Positions 21,517-31,818 of a stretch of 64,000 nt of DNA are shown piece after piece. The position numbers were made by a program, and so were the translations under genes. Numbering within the stretch: position 1 is the first letter of the stretch; every line of letters begins with the position of its first letter. Below the pieces are notes generated by a model that ran no database searches, was not told the origin of the DNA, and saw only the letters and a program-made list of their open reading frames with translations. Source of the stretch: Alteromonadaceae bacterium (GTDB taxonomy: Bacteria > Pseudomonadota > Gammaproteobacteria > Enterobacterales > Alteromonadaceae); NCBI GenBank assembly GCA_964228145.1, contig CAXQZJ010000071.1, forward strand, positions 12,898-76,897. Reading direction: 5' to 3'.

Positions 21517-22508
21517 CAGCAATCCTCAAACAACGGAAAGTGGCAATTATACGAGTGGCCATGGACTTTGCGCGTTGCTGGCGCTTTAACACATTCCCGA
21601 CGTGCCCTCGGACAGCGTGGACCTAAGCGACAGCCGATGGGTAAGTGCTGCAAGGTTGGAATTGTGCCCGACAAAGAGGACAACTGTGACTTGCGTGGTA
21701 AATCTTTGCGGAAACTCGGGGCGCTATCGAGTAAGGCTTTGGTATAGGGGTGAAATGGCGTTGCACGCAACGCTTCCATCGTGCCACTTTCTACGGTTTG
21801 GCCGCAGTAAAGCACGGTCATATTGGTTGCCATTTTTGCGATCGCCAGCAGGTCGTGACTGACATACAAAATACTCAGGTTTTTGGTCTGATTTAGTTTT
21901 GTCAGCAAGCGCAAAATCTGCACTTTGGTGCTGATTTCCATGCCCATGGTTGGATCATCGGCAATCAGCAACTCAGGTTGTGACACCAATGACATCGCGA
22001 GCATAACTTTCTGGCACACATCATCGGCAACCTGATGCGGGTAAGACTTCATGCACTGGACGTGATCTTTGATGCCAACACGATGTAACTGACGGTTAGC
22101 GATTTCAACCCGTGATTGTTTGCGCTGCCAGAAGCTGTGTTTCGGCAGTAAGCGCGACGGCACACTTTCCAACAACTGTTCGCCCAACGTGGCGGTTGGG
22201 TCCAATGCGCCAACCGCGTTTTGAAATACCACGGCCATCTCATCGCGGATCAGGCGGCGGCGCTTTGCGGCACGCATTCCCAATAAGTCCTGGCCTTTCC
22301 AGGTCATTCTGTCTGCGGTGATTTTCCAGCGGTCAGGAATCGCGCCAACGATGGTTCTGACAATCAAACTTTTGCCGGAACCAGACTCCCCGACCAATGC
22401 GGATATTTCACCTTTTTTAAGGGACAAACTGACCTTGTCCAAGGCTTTTATTGTGCCACTGTTTGTTTCGATCTCGAGGGTCAGATTCTTGATATCAAGT
22501 AATTGCAT
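21516..22508 (-). CDS. sapD: Peptide ABC transporter ATPase SapD
   Basis: GESGSGKS, CQKVMLA, LQHLPIGCRLGPRCP C-terminal Cys motif. Confidence 0.88.
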   Translation of the reverse strand: MQLLDIKNLTLEIETNSGTIKALDKVSLSLKKGEISALVGESGSGKSLIVRTIVGAIPDRWKITADRMTWKGQDLLGMRAAKRRRLIRDEMAVVFQNAVGALDPTATLGEQLLESVPSRLLPKHSFWQRKQSRVEIANRQLHRVGIKDHVQCMKSYPHQVADDVCQKVMLAMSLVSQPELLIADDPTMGMEISTKVQILRLLTKLNQTKNLSILYVSHDLLAIAKMATNMTVLYCGQTVESGTMEALRATPFHPYTKALLDSAPSFRKDLPRKSQLSSLSGTIPTLQHLPIGCRLGPRCPRARRECVKAPATRKVHGHSYNCHFPLFEDC

Positions 22509-23401
22509 TATTGGTGCAACCTGTATCTGAGTGCGGAGCGAACGCCATCACCCACTAAATTAACGGCCACTAACATAAGTAATATTGCGGCACCGGGAAT
22601 GGTGATTGTCCATGGCGCCACATAGGCCATTTCTAACCCCTCTGATAGCATTGCACCTAACTCAGTGGTTGGTGCCTGGGCGCCCAGATTCAAAAAACCC
22701 AGAGCACTGATGTCAAGGATTGCGGTAGACAATGCCATGGTACCGCTTACGACCAATTTTTCAGTCATGTTGGGCAGCATAGAGTCGAACAGGATTCTGA
22801 CTTTGCCGGCGCCATCGAGCCGGGCTGCGGTAACATATTCCTTATGCCATTCGGTGCGTACCATGTCCCTTGTCAGGTGAATAAATTGTGGTATCAGGGC
22901 AAGCGTAATCGCCCACATACAGTTACTTAAGCCAGTGCCTAAAATAGCCACAATGATGATGGCGATTAACAAACTGGGCAGGCTCATAATTGAATCAAGA
23001 AGATGGTTTAAAACACTGGCTCGTAATCCACGGCTCATACCTGCAAATGCGCCAATTGCGCAGCCGATTAACATCGCCATCAGTACCATCAAAATGCTAA
23101 TTCCCAGCGTTGTGCGACTGCCGTAAATTACCCTGGATAAAATATCTCGGCCCAAAGAGTCGGTGCCGAACAGGTAACTGAACGTACCTCGTGGATCCCA
23201 TGCAGGCTGCAATAGTAGTGATTCTGTGTCTTGTTGGTCAGGGGAGTAAGGAGCAAGCACAGGCGCGAACAACAATAACAGGATAAAGATGGCGAACAGT
23301 ACCAGTCCAATCATCGCCATATGGCTCTTTTTAAACTCCATCCAGGTTTGCTGAAAGGGAGATGGAAACTGGCTTTCCTGATAAAAATTAGATCGTGCCA
23401 T
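22508..23401 (-). CDS. sapC: Peptide ABC transporter permease SapC
   Basis: FGTDSLGRDILSR, EYVTAARLDGA, LGAQAPTTELG. Confidence 0.88.
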   Translation of the reverse strand: MARSNFYQESQFPSPFQQTWMEFKKSHMAMIGLVLFAIFILLLLFAPVLAPYSPDQQDTESLLLQPAWDPRGTFSYLFGTDSLGRDILSRVIYGSRTTLGISILMVLMAMLIGCAIGAFAGMSRGLRASVLNHLLDSIMSLPSLLIAIIIVAILGTGLSNCMWAITLALIPQFIHLTRDMVRTEWHKEYVTAARLDGAGKVRILFDSMLPNMTEKLVVSGTMALSTAILDISALGFLNLGAQAPTTELGAMLSEGLEMAYVAPWTITIPGAAILLMLVAVNLVGDGVRSALRYRLHQ

Positions 23402-24422
23402 GAACATCCCTGCGCTTTAATGGGTTAATCGCACGAATCAGCATGTCCATACTCAAGGTTACCATAATAACCAGTGCAGACACTGCCAGCATTCCGCCGG
23501 TAATGGCGGGATAGTCACGCAAGTAAATGGCTTGCAGTAACCAGTTACCGATACCGGGCCAGCTGAAGATTAATTCAACTATCATGGCATTGGTTAATAA
23601 GACAGTAAACTGCATGACAATTTGAGGCAGGATGGGCAGTAACGCATTGCGAATACCATGGCGCATAATAGCTTGCGCCGGCGAAAATCCTCTGGCGATG
23701 GCGGCTTTCATATAATCACTTTCCATTACATCAGCTACAGATCGGCGGGTAATTCGCACCACCACGGCACTGGTAACGATAGTGATAGACATAGCAGGTA
23801 AGACCATATGTAACGCTGCGTTGTAAAGTGCATCCGCCTTATTGGGCAAATCTGAGAGCAATATGTCTGGCAAAATGAAGCCGGTACGTTGAGGAATGTC
23901 AAACAGCAAACTCAGCCTGCCGGACATGGGTAACCAACCTAATTGCAAAGAGAAAACAATGATCAATAATAACGCCAGCCAAAAAACAGGAATTGAGAAT
24001 CCAATCACGCTACCGGTCATGATGGTGTAATCAATACTGCGATGGAAACGTAGCCCGGCCCAAAATCCAACGGGGACGCCGATTAACATCGAAAGCACCA
24101 ACGCGTAGCTGCTCAATTCAATGGTGGCTGGCATATAGCGGGCTATTTCCTCCAGCACGGGTTCGCCACTGTATAAACTGATACCCCAGTCGCCGCTTAG
24201 GATGTGACCTAGATACACAAAGAAACCGTAAACATAATTGCTATCAAAGGCGTATTTTTGCTTGAGTTCGGCGTATTGGTCAGGGTCTGTGGTAACGACG
24301 CCAGACAGATTCATCAGCGCATCGCCGGGAAACAAGAAGGCTAAACCATAGGAAGCGACTGTTAAAACAAACAGGGTGACGACCAATAAGTTGACCCGGC
24401 GGATGATGTAGGCGTACATCAT
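23388..24422 (-). CDS. sapB: Peptide ABC transporter permease SapB
   Basis: GDWGIS, PATIEL, SIPVFWLALLL, FSWPGIG. Confidence 0.88.
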   Translation of the reverse strand: MMYAYIIRRVNLLVVTLFVLTVASYGLAFLFPGDALMNLSGVVTTDPDQYAELKQKYAFDSNYVYGFFVYLGHILSGDWGISLYSGEPVLEEIARYMPATIELSSYALVLSMLIGVPVGFWAGLRFHRSIDYTIMTGSVIGFSIPVFWLALLLIIVFSLQLGWLPMSGRLSLLFDIPQRTGFILPDILLSDLPNKADALYNAALHMVLPAMSITIVTSAVVVRITRRSVADVMESDYMKAAIARGFSPAQAIMRHGIRNALLPILPQIVMQFTVLLTNAMIVELIFSWPGIGNWLLQAIYLRDYPAITGGMLAVSALVIMVTLSMDMLIRAINPLKRRDVHGTI

Positions 24423-26035
24423 TGCTTTATCACTCCGGCAAAACTCAGTCCGCCATAGGGATTAAGTTGAAAGTTATGCAGATGACTTTGATAGGCATGG
24501 TAGCGGTACGCATGAGCGATAGGAACCAGGGGCATATCCTGAGCAATAATGGTATTGGCCAATTGATAGAAAAGCTTACGCTGCTCAAAGTCAGTGTATT
24601 GCAGTGCCTGATCGATCAGGCGGTCGTATTCATTGTTGCACCAGTTGGCACGATTGGTGCCGCTGAAAATTGCTGAGCAGCTCAGCAATGGGCGATAAAA
24701 ATTATCTGGGTCACCGCTGTCTGCTGACCAACCAATTAGCACCGAATCATGGATGCCTTCACGCAGACGTCGGCGGAAGGTTCCCCATTCATAACTGACA
24801 ATATTGACGTTGATATCTACGGCTTTTAAATAGCCTTGAATCAGTTCCGCCATGCGACGGGCATTAGGATTGTAGGCACGTTCCACTGGCATCGCCCAGA
24901 TATCCATCTGAAACCCCCTGGGGACGCCGGCTTTATCCAGCAGCTCACGTGCTGCAACGGGATTGTAACTGGTATCCCGCAGGCTTCCCTGAAATGCCCA
25001 ACTGGTTTGCGGTAATAAGCCTTTGGCGCGTTCAGCACTACCAAAGTACACAGCATTAATCAGAGTATCTTTATCGATGGCCAGTGCTAATGCACGGCGT
25101 ACGTCAGGGTTGTCAAAGGGCGGTTTTATGGTATTAAACGCCCAAAAACCGACGTTCAGTCCGGGTTTTTCATCTAATGCAATTTCGGGGCGCTGATCAA
25201 GAATGCCTAATTCTGAGTGAGCCGGATAAGCAATAGCATCGCACTCTCCAGTAAGTAACTTAGCGACCCGTAACGAACTTCTGGGTGTAATGGAAAAAAT
25301 CAATGGATCTAATTGTACCTCGCCGCCCCAGTAATTTTCGTGTTTGCGAAATCGGATGTACTGGCCTTTTCGATACTGGTCATACTTGAACGGACCGGTG
25401 CCAATGGGCAATGAATCCAATGCTTCCGGGTTACCTTGCTGAAGTAAGGTATCACCGTATTCAGCCGACAAAATCACTGAGAAGTTGGTAGCCAAGTTGG
25501 CCAAAAAGGAACTATCCGGTCGATGCAACTCAATCTCTACCCGGTAGCCGTTGATGCGACGTACGTCTTTAATCAGGGTGTTGAGCCCTATGCTATTAAA
25601 ATAAGGATAGCTCCCCCCTCCGACCTGATGGTACGGGTGGGTAGCATCACGCCAACGCTCAATGCTAAAAATCACATCGTCGGCGTTAAAGTTCCGGCTA
25701 GGGGTGAAATAGCCGGTCTGATGAAATGCCACATCCTTACGCAATTGAAACACATAAGTCTTTCCATCGTTTTTCACTAACCAGCTGGTGGCTAACGCCG
25801 GGACAAGGTCGTTGGACTCGGCTTGTATATCTAACAAGCGGTCATAAATTTGGTAAGAGGTCGCATCGACCGTGGTGCCGGAGGCATCTAATTGGGGATT
25901 AAACGTCGCAGGGTCGCCTTCGGAACAATAAATAACGCCGGTTTCGGCGACGCCCGTGCGCCGGTAGTCATCACAAGCCCCGATCAGGCAGGATAAGCCG
26001 GCCAGAAGCGCAAATTTTCGTGCCTTACTCGTCAT
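24419..26035 (-). CDS. sapA: ABC transporter substrate-binding lipoprotein SapA
   Basis: Lipobox LIGAC; family 5 motifs FNADDVIFS, PIGTGPF; overlaps the pspF stop. Confidence 0.88.
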   Translation of the reverse strand: MTSKARKFALLAGLSCLIGACDDYRRTGVAETGVIYCSEGDPATFNPQLDASGTTVDATSYQIYDRLLDIQAESNDLVPALATSWLVKNDGKTYVFQLRKDVAFHQTGYFTPSRNFNADDVIFSIERWRDATHPYHQVGGGSYPYFNSIGLNTLIKDVRRINGYRVEIELHRPDSSFLANLATNFSVILSAEYGDTLLQQGNPEALDSLPIGTGPFKYDQYRKGQYIRFRKHENYWGGEVQLDPLIFSITPRSSLRVAKLLTGECDAIAYPAHSELGILDQRPEIALDEKPGLNVGFWAFNTIKPPFDNPDVRRALALAIDKDTLINAVYFGSAERAKGLLPQTSWAFQGSLRDTSYNPVAARELLDKAGVPRGFQMDIWAMPVERAYNPNARRMAELIQGYLKAVDINVNIVSYEWGTFRRRLREGIHDSVLIGWSADSGDPDNFYRPLLSCSAIFSGTNRANWCNNEYDRLIDQALQYTDFEQRKLFYQLANTIIAQDMPLVPIAHAYRYHAYQSHLHNFQLNPYGGLSFAGVIKQ

Positions 26036-27098
26036 TTTCCAGCAAATTATATTTTTTCAGATAACCTCTGAGTTGATGATACGTCAAACATAGCTTCTCG
26101 GCAGTCTTTTTCTGGTTGAACTGACTGTCTGCCAAAGCTTTTTTCAGTAATTTTATCTCAAAGTCCTGGGATGCCTGCTTCAAGTCGAGCGGAAAAACGG
26201 TGTCATTTTCGGCTGCTTGTATTTCAACCGACGTGGGCGGACACTCAGCTTCGTCGTTTGCCTGAGTATTGACTTGCACTTGACGATCCTGAGTTTTAAT
26301 CCTGCCAGTCGGACGAAAAGGTGACTCAAACGGATCTAAAACAATCTCGTGAACCGGCAAATGTGGGTTGTTGCCACGATAGACAGCTCTCTCTATCACG
26401 TTTTTTAATTCACGGATGTTTCCCGGCCAATGATATTCCAACAAGGTACGGCGGGCCTTTTCGGTAAATCCGGAAAATAGCTCCAGATCGAGTTCTCGGG
26501 CCATGTTAATCGCGAAGTGCTCCGCTAAAAGCAAAATGTCCTCAGGACGTTCTCTTAACGGAGGCAAAGTAATAACGTCGAAGGCCAATCTGTCCAGTAA
26601 GTCAGCCCGAAACTCACCGGATTCTGCGAGCGAGGGTAAATCCTCATTGGTTGCGGCGACAAGCCGTACATCGACCTTAACGGTGCGCGATCCGCCCACG
26701 CGCTCAAATTCGCCGTATTCTATTACACGCAAGAGTTTTTCCTGCACTAGCCCGGATGTGTTGGCCAGTTCATCAAGAAATAATGTGCCGCCATTGGCCT
26801 GCTCAAAGCGGCCTTCATGGCGCTTACTGGCACCGGTAAAGGCCCCTGACTCATGTCCGAACAATTCACTTTCCAGTAGATTTTCGTTAAGTGCTGCGCA
26901 GTTCAGGGTTTGGTATGTTTGATCCCAACGAGAGGACAGGTAGTGGAGGCGGGCAGCGATCAATTCTTTACCGGTACCCCGTTCGCCAATAATAAGTACG
27001 GGCTTATTTAATGGCGCTAACTGGGATACTTGTTCGAGCACTTCGAGGAAACTATTAGATTCCCCGAGCAGATTATCTTGTTTTCTGAAACGACCCAT
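26025..27098 (-). CDS. pspF: Phage shock operon sigma54 activator PspF
   Basis: No N-terminal regulatory domain; GERGTGKE, GAFTGA, HTH LTYHQLRGYLKKY; start placed at MGRFRKQD. Confidence 0.96.
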   Translation of the reverse strand: MGRFRKQDNLLGESNSFLEVLEQVSQLAPLNKPVLIIGERGTGKELIAARLHYLSSRWDQTYQTLNCAALNENLLESELFGHESGAFTGASKRHEGRFEQANGGTLFLDELANTSGLVQEKLLRVIEYGEFERVGGSRTVKVDVRLVAATNEDLPSLAESGEFRADLLDRLAFDVITLPPLRERPEDILLLAEHFAINMARELDLELFSGFTEKARRTLLEYHWPGNIRELKNVIERAVYRGNNPHLPVHEIVLDPFESPFRPTGRIKTQDRQVQVNTQANDEAECPPTSVEIQAAENDTVFPLDLKQASQDFEIKLLKKALADSQFNQKKTAEKLCLTYHQLRGYLKKYNLLENDE

Positions 27099-27116
27099 GC
27101 CGTTAGCCTTTTTCAA

Positions 27117-27247
27117 AAAAGTGGCTAAAACCACTAAATGTTGGTTTAACTACATAATATGGTACTTGGATTGAAAAAGGTAGTAAATTAAAAGGCTATA
27201 TAAATCAGTAGTTTATTCTGTATTGAAAAGTTGGCAAGCTACTTGAA
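27117..27247 (+). promoter_or_regulatory. Sigma54 promoter of pspA with candidate IHF and PspF sites
   Basis: TTGGCAAGCTACTTGAA (-24/-12) at 27231..27247; AATCAGTAGTTTA (IHF-like) near 27203; inverted repeat AGTGG-CTAAAA-CCACT near 27120. Confidence 0.78.
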
Positions 27248-27293
27248 TACTCATTCATAACGAAAATGAATTGTCACAAAAGAGGTAAACACA

Positions 27294-27992
27294 ATGGGTA
27301 TTTTCTCACGTTTTACTGATATCGTTAACTCGAATATCAATGCGTTATTGGACAAGGCTGAAGATCCTGAAAAAATGGTCAGACTGATTATTCAGGAGAT
27401 GGAAGACACCTTGGTTGAGGTTCGCTCAGTGTCAGCGAAAGCGATTGCTAATAAAAAAGATATTAGTAGTCAGATTGCTAAATATCAGGCGACCGCTGAT
27501 GATTGGCAAGCTAAAGCAGAGCTGGCCATCACCAAAGAGCGGGAAGATCTGGCTCGTGCGGCGTTAACTGAGAAACAGAAAGCCAGCGATCATGTTGTCG
27601 CTTTGGAAGACGAACTGGTGCAGGTTGAAGATCAAATCGGCAAACTGCAAAGCGAGATTGTGCAGTTGCAGGAAAAATTGGCCGATGCAAAAAATCGTCA
27701 GAAAGCGATCATCTTGCGTCAGAAAACAGCCAGTTCGCGTTTGCAAGTGAAACAAAAACTGGACAGCAGTAAAGTTGATGACGCGATGTTTAGATTTGAG
27801 CGTTATGAAAGTAAAATTAACGACCTTGAGTCTCAGGTAGAAGCCTATGATTTGGGTCAGCGAAATCTCGCCGATGAATTTGCGGAATTAGAAGCCGATA
27901 ATAAAATCGATGACGAGTTAGCTGCGCTGAAACAAAAGGTACAAGGGAGCAAGCCGGCAGCGAAAAAGCCAGCCAAACCAGCTAAAAAGTAA
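27294..27992 (+). CDS. pspA: Phage shock protein A
   Basis: MGIFSRFTDIVNSNINALLDKAEDPEKM, coiled coil. Confidence 0.98.
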   Translation: MGIFSRFTDIVNSNINALLDKAEDPEKMVRLIIQEMEDTLVEVRSVSAKAIANKKDISSQIAKYQATADDWQAKAELAITKEREDLARAALTEKQKASDHVVALEDELVQVEDQIGKLQSEIVQLQEKLADAKNRQKAIILRQKTASSRLQVKQKLDSSKVDDAMFRFERYESKINDLESQVEAYDLGQRNLADEFAELEADNKIDDELAALKQKVQGSKPAAKKPAKPAKK

Positions 27993-28020
27993 TTGGGCAC
28001 ATCAATAAGGAGTAAGTGCG

Positions 28021-28254
28021 ATGGGCGTAGAAGAACTGATTGGTGTACCCCTGATTCTGTTTATGATATTCGTCGCGCCAATTTGGGTAGTGATGCACTA
28101 CCGGGCGCAACGACAGGTTAGCCAGGGCTTGACCAATGAAGAGAAAGCGAACTTGCAGGCGCTTGCTGATAAAGCAGAGGCAATGAGTGAACGTATTCAG
28201 ACTCTGGAAGCGATCCTCGATGCAGAAGCGCCGGATTGGAGGAACAAGGTATGA
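28021..28254 (+). CDS. pspB: Phage shock protein B
   Basis: FVAPIWVVMHY, RIQTLEAILDAEAPDWR. Confidence 0.96.
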   Translation: MGVEELIGVPLILFMIFVAPIWVVMHYRAQRQVSQGLTNEEKANLQALADKAEAMSERIQTLEAILDAEAPDWRNKV

Positions 28255-28700
28255 GCAAACGCGGCGAATTATATCGTTTACCCAAGAAGGGCAAGGTAGC
28301 CGGTGTATGTGCAGGGATAGCGGTACACTTTGGAATTGAGATCTGGCTGGTACGCATTTTATTTATCTCTGCAGTACTGTTGCTGGGTGGTCCGTTCTTT
28401 ATTTTCGCTTACATTGTTGCTTGGTTGGTATTGGACAAAGCGCCGGAAGGACACCCCTCCGCAGGGTCAGCGCCGCAAGGTACTGACTATCAGGATGATG
28501 GTAAAGGATGGAAAAATCCTCAGGCCAACGGTGAGCACATCGAAGTGAAAACCAAAATTTGGCAAGCCGGTGAGCCGCCACGTCAGGCAGCCCGGGATAT
28601 CCAGATGAGGTATCAGAAAATAGAAGACAGATTGCGTGGCCTTGAAAAGTACGTAACATCCCGTGAATATCAGTTAAACAGAGAAATAAGTCGTTTGTAA
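28251..28700 (+). CDS. pspC: Phage shock protein C
   Basis: LYR...GKVAGVCAGIA, RLRGLEKYVTS; ATG overlaps the pspB stop. Confidence 0.95.
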   Translation: MSKRGELYRLPKKGKVAGVCAGIAVHFGIEIWLVRILFISAVLLLGGPFFIFAYIVAWLVLDKAPEGHPSAGSAPQGTDYQDDGKGWKNPQANGEHIEVKTKIWQAGEPPRQAARDIQMRYQKIEDRLRGLEKYVTSREYQLNREISRL

Positions 28701-28727
28701 TCAATCCATTAGCGTGGTGGTGAACAT

Positions 28728-28759
28728 CCGGGGCCTGCATTTGCAGGCCCCGGCTTTTT
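28728..28759 (+). terminator. Intrinsic terminator after pspC
   Basis: CCGGGGCCTGCA-TT-TGCAGGCCCCGG-CTTTTT. Confidence 0.85.
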
Positions 28760-28780
28760 AGGCGACCAGTGAAGCAGAAG

Positions 28781-28798
28781 TGTAAACAAGTTGTTACG
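28781..28798. promoter_or_regulatory. TyrR/PhhR box upstream of phhA
   Basis: TGTAAA-CAAGTT-GTTACG versus consensus TGTAAA-N6-TTTACA. Confidence 0.7.
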
Positions 28799-28908
28799 TA
28801 TTTTGCCGGGGATTAGGCTGCTCCGATGGTTCTTTTAGTCCCACAAATCCGTAGACTCATTGGCAAAACCCGTAAGAACCGTTGGGGTTCAGTAACAACA
28901 GGTCAGAA

Positions 28909-29700
28909 ATGAGTAAACAGTCGAAGTATGTGTCCAAACAGCCTGATAAGGACGGCAACATTGCATGGACAGAGATTGAAAATAACACATGGCAACAACT
29001 GGTTGAACGCCAACAAGCCTTGTTGCCGGGTAGAGCATGCCAGGCGTATATGGACGGCTTGGATCGCCTCAACTTACCAAAGGACAGAATTCCGCAATTG
29101 CACGAAGTTAATCGTGTGCTGGCCGAGACCACAGGGTGGCAGGTTGCGCAGGTACCTGCATTGATCAATTTTGATAAGTTTTTTGATCTGCTGGCCAATA
29201 AGCAATTTCCGGTAGCGACATTCATCCGAACGCCGGAAGAATTTGACTACCTTCAGGAGCCGGATATATTCCATGAAATCTTCGGCCATTGTCCGCTGCT
29301 GACCAACCCTAATTTTGCCCACTTTACCCACGTGTATGGCAAGTTGGGGGCAGCGGCGACCAAGCAACAACGGGTATTTTTAGCTCGTTTGTACTGGTTC
29401 ACCGTGGAGTTCGGTTTAGTCCAAACTGACGAGGGGTTGCGCATCTATGGCGGGGGCATTTTGTCATCACCAGGCGAGACCCACTATGCTCTAGAAAGTG
29501 ACGTGGCGGTGCGTGAAAAAATGGATGTTATCAAGGCATTACGAACGCCATATCGCATAGATATAATGCAGCCCCAGTACTATGTTTTAGATGGTCTTGA
29601 GCAATTGTTTGATATTGCTCAGCTGGATATTATGGCATTGGTGGAAGATGCCATGCAGCTCGGTCTGCTCCCTCCGTTATTCGAAAAGAAAGCAAGTTAA
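28909..29700 (+). CDS. phhA: Phenylalanine 4-hydroxylase
   Basis: EPDIFHEIFGHCP (two Fe-binding His), WFTVEFGL (Glu); start placed at MSKQSKY. Confidence 0.97.
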   Translation: MSKQSKYVSKQPDKDGNIAWTEIENNTWQQLVERQQALLPGRACQAYMDGLDRLNLPKDRIPQLHEVNRVLAETTGWQVAQVPALINFDKFFDLLANKQFPVATFIRTPEEFDYLQEPDIFHEIFGHCPLLTNPNFAHFTHVYGKLGAAATKQQRVFLARLYWFTVEFGLVQTDEGLRIYGGGILSSPGETHYALESDVAVREKMDVIKALRTPYRIDIMQPQYYVLDGLEQLFDIAQLDIMALVEDAMQLGLLPPLFEKKAS

Positions 29701-29712
29701 TTAGGTAAAATA

Positions 29713-30054
29713 ATGACAAACTTAACTGAACAAAAATGTGAAGCCTGTCAGGCAGGTGCACCGAAAGTGACAGAGCAGGAATTAGCTGAATTAATGAAAG
29801 ACATTCCTGACTGGGTACCCACTGCCAAAGACGGAATAATGATGTTAGAGCGAGAATTTAGTTTTAAGAACTGGAAACAAGCTCAGGCATTTGCCAACAA
29901 AGTGGGAGAGCTCGCTGAAGAAGAATTTCATCACCCGGAGCTGGTGATCGAATGGGGGCGAGTCAAAGTCACTTGGTGGACGCACAAAATTAATGGTCTA
30001 CACAAAAATGATTTTATTTGCGCAGCGAAGACGGACGCTCTGCTAGACGCATAA
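29713..30054 (+). CDS. phhB: Pterin-4-alpha-carbinolamine dehydratase
   Basis: [24 protein letters not shown]. Confidence 0.96.
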   Translation: MTNLTEQKCEACQAGAPKVTEQELAELMKDIPDWVPTAKDGIMMLEREFSFKNWKQAQAFANKVGELAEEEFHHPELVIEWGRVKVTWWTHKINGLHKNDFICAAKTDALLDA

Positions 30055-30173
30055 ACTCCACCAGGCTGGCACGCCTGTGTCGGCCTTACCCTCGCAGAAT
30101 ACAAGCCGTGATCATCCAAACCTTTCGTTTGTTACAAAAATGCTAAAAATTCCATTGTGCCCGCGTGGTGTTT

Positions 30174-30191
30174 TGTAATAAAATCTTTACG
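30174..30191. promoter_or_regulatory. TyrR/PhhR box, probably autoregulatory
   Basis: TGTAAT-AAAATC-TTTACG, 30 nt upstream of the tyrR start. Confidence 0.7.
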
Positions 30192-30220
30192 ATATGTAAA
30201 GATAACGGAACCCTACACTT

Positions 30221-31768
30221 ATGCGATTGGAAATTAGCTGTGAAGACCGTCTTGGTATTACTCAAGACGTGTTGGATATTCTGGTTCGCCACGAAATAGA
30301 CCTGCGCGGCATTGAAGTCGATGAAGCGGGCAAAATTTACCTCAATATCCCTAATATTGAGTTTGCTGAATTCCAGCATCTGATGCCGGAAATTCGTCGC
30401 ATTAAAGGCATCTCTGACGTTAAGACAACGCCATTTATGCCCATTGAAAGGGAAAAGCATCAACTTATCTCACTTCTGCACAGCATACCTGATCCGATTT
30501 TTTCAATCGATCCCAAGGGACGTATATTGATGGTCAATGGTGCTGTTACCAGTGGTGCCGAGATGACGTGCAATGAACTTAAAGGTGCGGAAATTGGTGA
30601 CTGGGTCAAAGGCTTTAATTTTAACCGTTGGCTAGAGAGCAAAAAAATAGATACCCAACGGGTGAACGTGAAGTTTATCGAGCAAGACTTCAGCGCTGAG
30701 CTACTGCCGGTTCAGGTAACCGATAGCGAAGGGGCACGTAATTTAGCCGGGGCCATGTTAGTGCTGCGTTCTGACGTAACTCAGCAGGTGGCAGAGAACG
30801 ATGCTGTGGCACAATGTTTTAGCCAGTTCTCCGTGGCATCTGCCAATATGCGTAAAGTCGTTAAAGAAGCGCAAAAGGTTGCGGCGTTGGATGCCCCCAT
30901 TTTATTTATGGGGGAAACCGGCACAGGTAAAGAGTTGATGGCCCGAGCCTGTCACGCCGCCAGTCGGCGAAGTGAAGCACCGTTTTTAGTCCTCAATTGT
31001 GCGGCGTTGCCTGACAATGTGGCTGAACCCGAACTGTTTGGCTATGCACCAGGGGCGTACGGTAATCAAACCAGTAAGCAGGGACTGTTTGAGCAAGCTC
31101 AGGGCGGCACTTTACTATTAGATGAAATTGGCGATATGTCGGCGCAATTGCAAGCGAAGTTATTACGAGTGCTTGAAAGCGGGCGCTTTCGACGGGTCGG
31201 CGATAGTGATGAAGTAAGTGTTGATGTCAGGATCATGTGCACCACCCATAAAGACTTAAGTCAGTTGGTGATTGATGGGCAGTTCAGAGAAGACCTGTAC
31301 TATCGACTGAATGTTCTTACTTTGGCAATCCCAGCACTGCGCGAACGCAAGCAAGATGTGGTACCGCTGGCAGAACGATTTGTGAAACAACATGCGGCGA
31401 CCTTAGGGTTGAAACCACCAAAACTGAGTCGTTCTTGCGTGGAATACCTGCAAAGCTACAGCTGGCCGGGAAATGTGCGACAGCTGCAAAATGCCATGTA
31501 TCGGGCCGTCTCCTTACTGGATGGCGACGAAATCAATAAGGACAATGTCCAGCTACCCAGCGCTAACGCTGACTCTCAGTTTGTACAGGCTGAAATCACC
31601 GGTACGCTGGACGAAGCGGTCAAGCGCTTTGAAAAAGACCTTCTGCGTCGCTTGTATCCCTCATATCCGAGCACCCGTCAACTCGCCAGAAAACTGGGAT
31701 TAAGTCATACCGCCATCGCCAACAAATTAAGGGACTATGGTATCAATAAGCGCACCGTAAAAATTTAG
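30221..31768 (+). CDS. tyrR: Aromatic amino acid transcriptional regulator TyrR/PhhR
   Basis: ACT domain MRLEISCEDRLG, PAS, AAA domain lacking GAFTGA, HTH STRQLARKLGLSHTAIANKLRDYG. Confidence 0.94.
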   Translation: MRLEISCEDRLGITQDVLDILVRHEIDLRGIEVDEAGKIYLNIPNIEFAEFQHLMPEIRRIKGISDVKTTPFMPIEREKHQLISLLHSIPDPIFSIDPKGRILMVNGAVTSGAEMTCNELKGAEIGDWVKGFNFNRWLESKKIDTQRVNVKFIEQDFSAELLPVQVTDSEGARNLAGAMLVLRSDVTQQVAENDAVAQCFSQFSVASANMRKVVKEAQKVAALDAPILFMGETGTGKELMARACHAASRRSEAPFLVLNCAALPDNVAEPELFGYAPGAYGNQTSKQGLFEQAQGGTLLLDEIGDMSAQLQAKLLRVLESGRFRRVGDSDEVSVDVRIMCTTHKDLSQLVIDGQFREDLYYRLNVLTLAIPALRERKQDVVPLAERFVKQHAATLGLKPPKLSRSCVEYLQSYSWPGNVRQLQNAMYRAVSLLDGDEINKDNVQLPSANADSQFVQAEITGTLDEAVKRFEKDLLRRLYPSYPSTRQLARKLGLSHTAIANKLRDYGINKRTVKI

Positions 31769-31795
31769 TTACGCGTTTGTCAGATTTGCTGTACA
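31756..31795. promoter_or_regulatory. Tandem TyrR/PhhR boxes upstream of hppD
   Basis: CGTAAA-AATTTA-GTTACG (31756..31773) and TGTCAG-ATTTGC-TGTACA (31778..31795). Confidence 0.6.
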
Positions 31796-31818
31796 GATTT
31801 GCGCTGATGTCGATAAGG

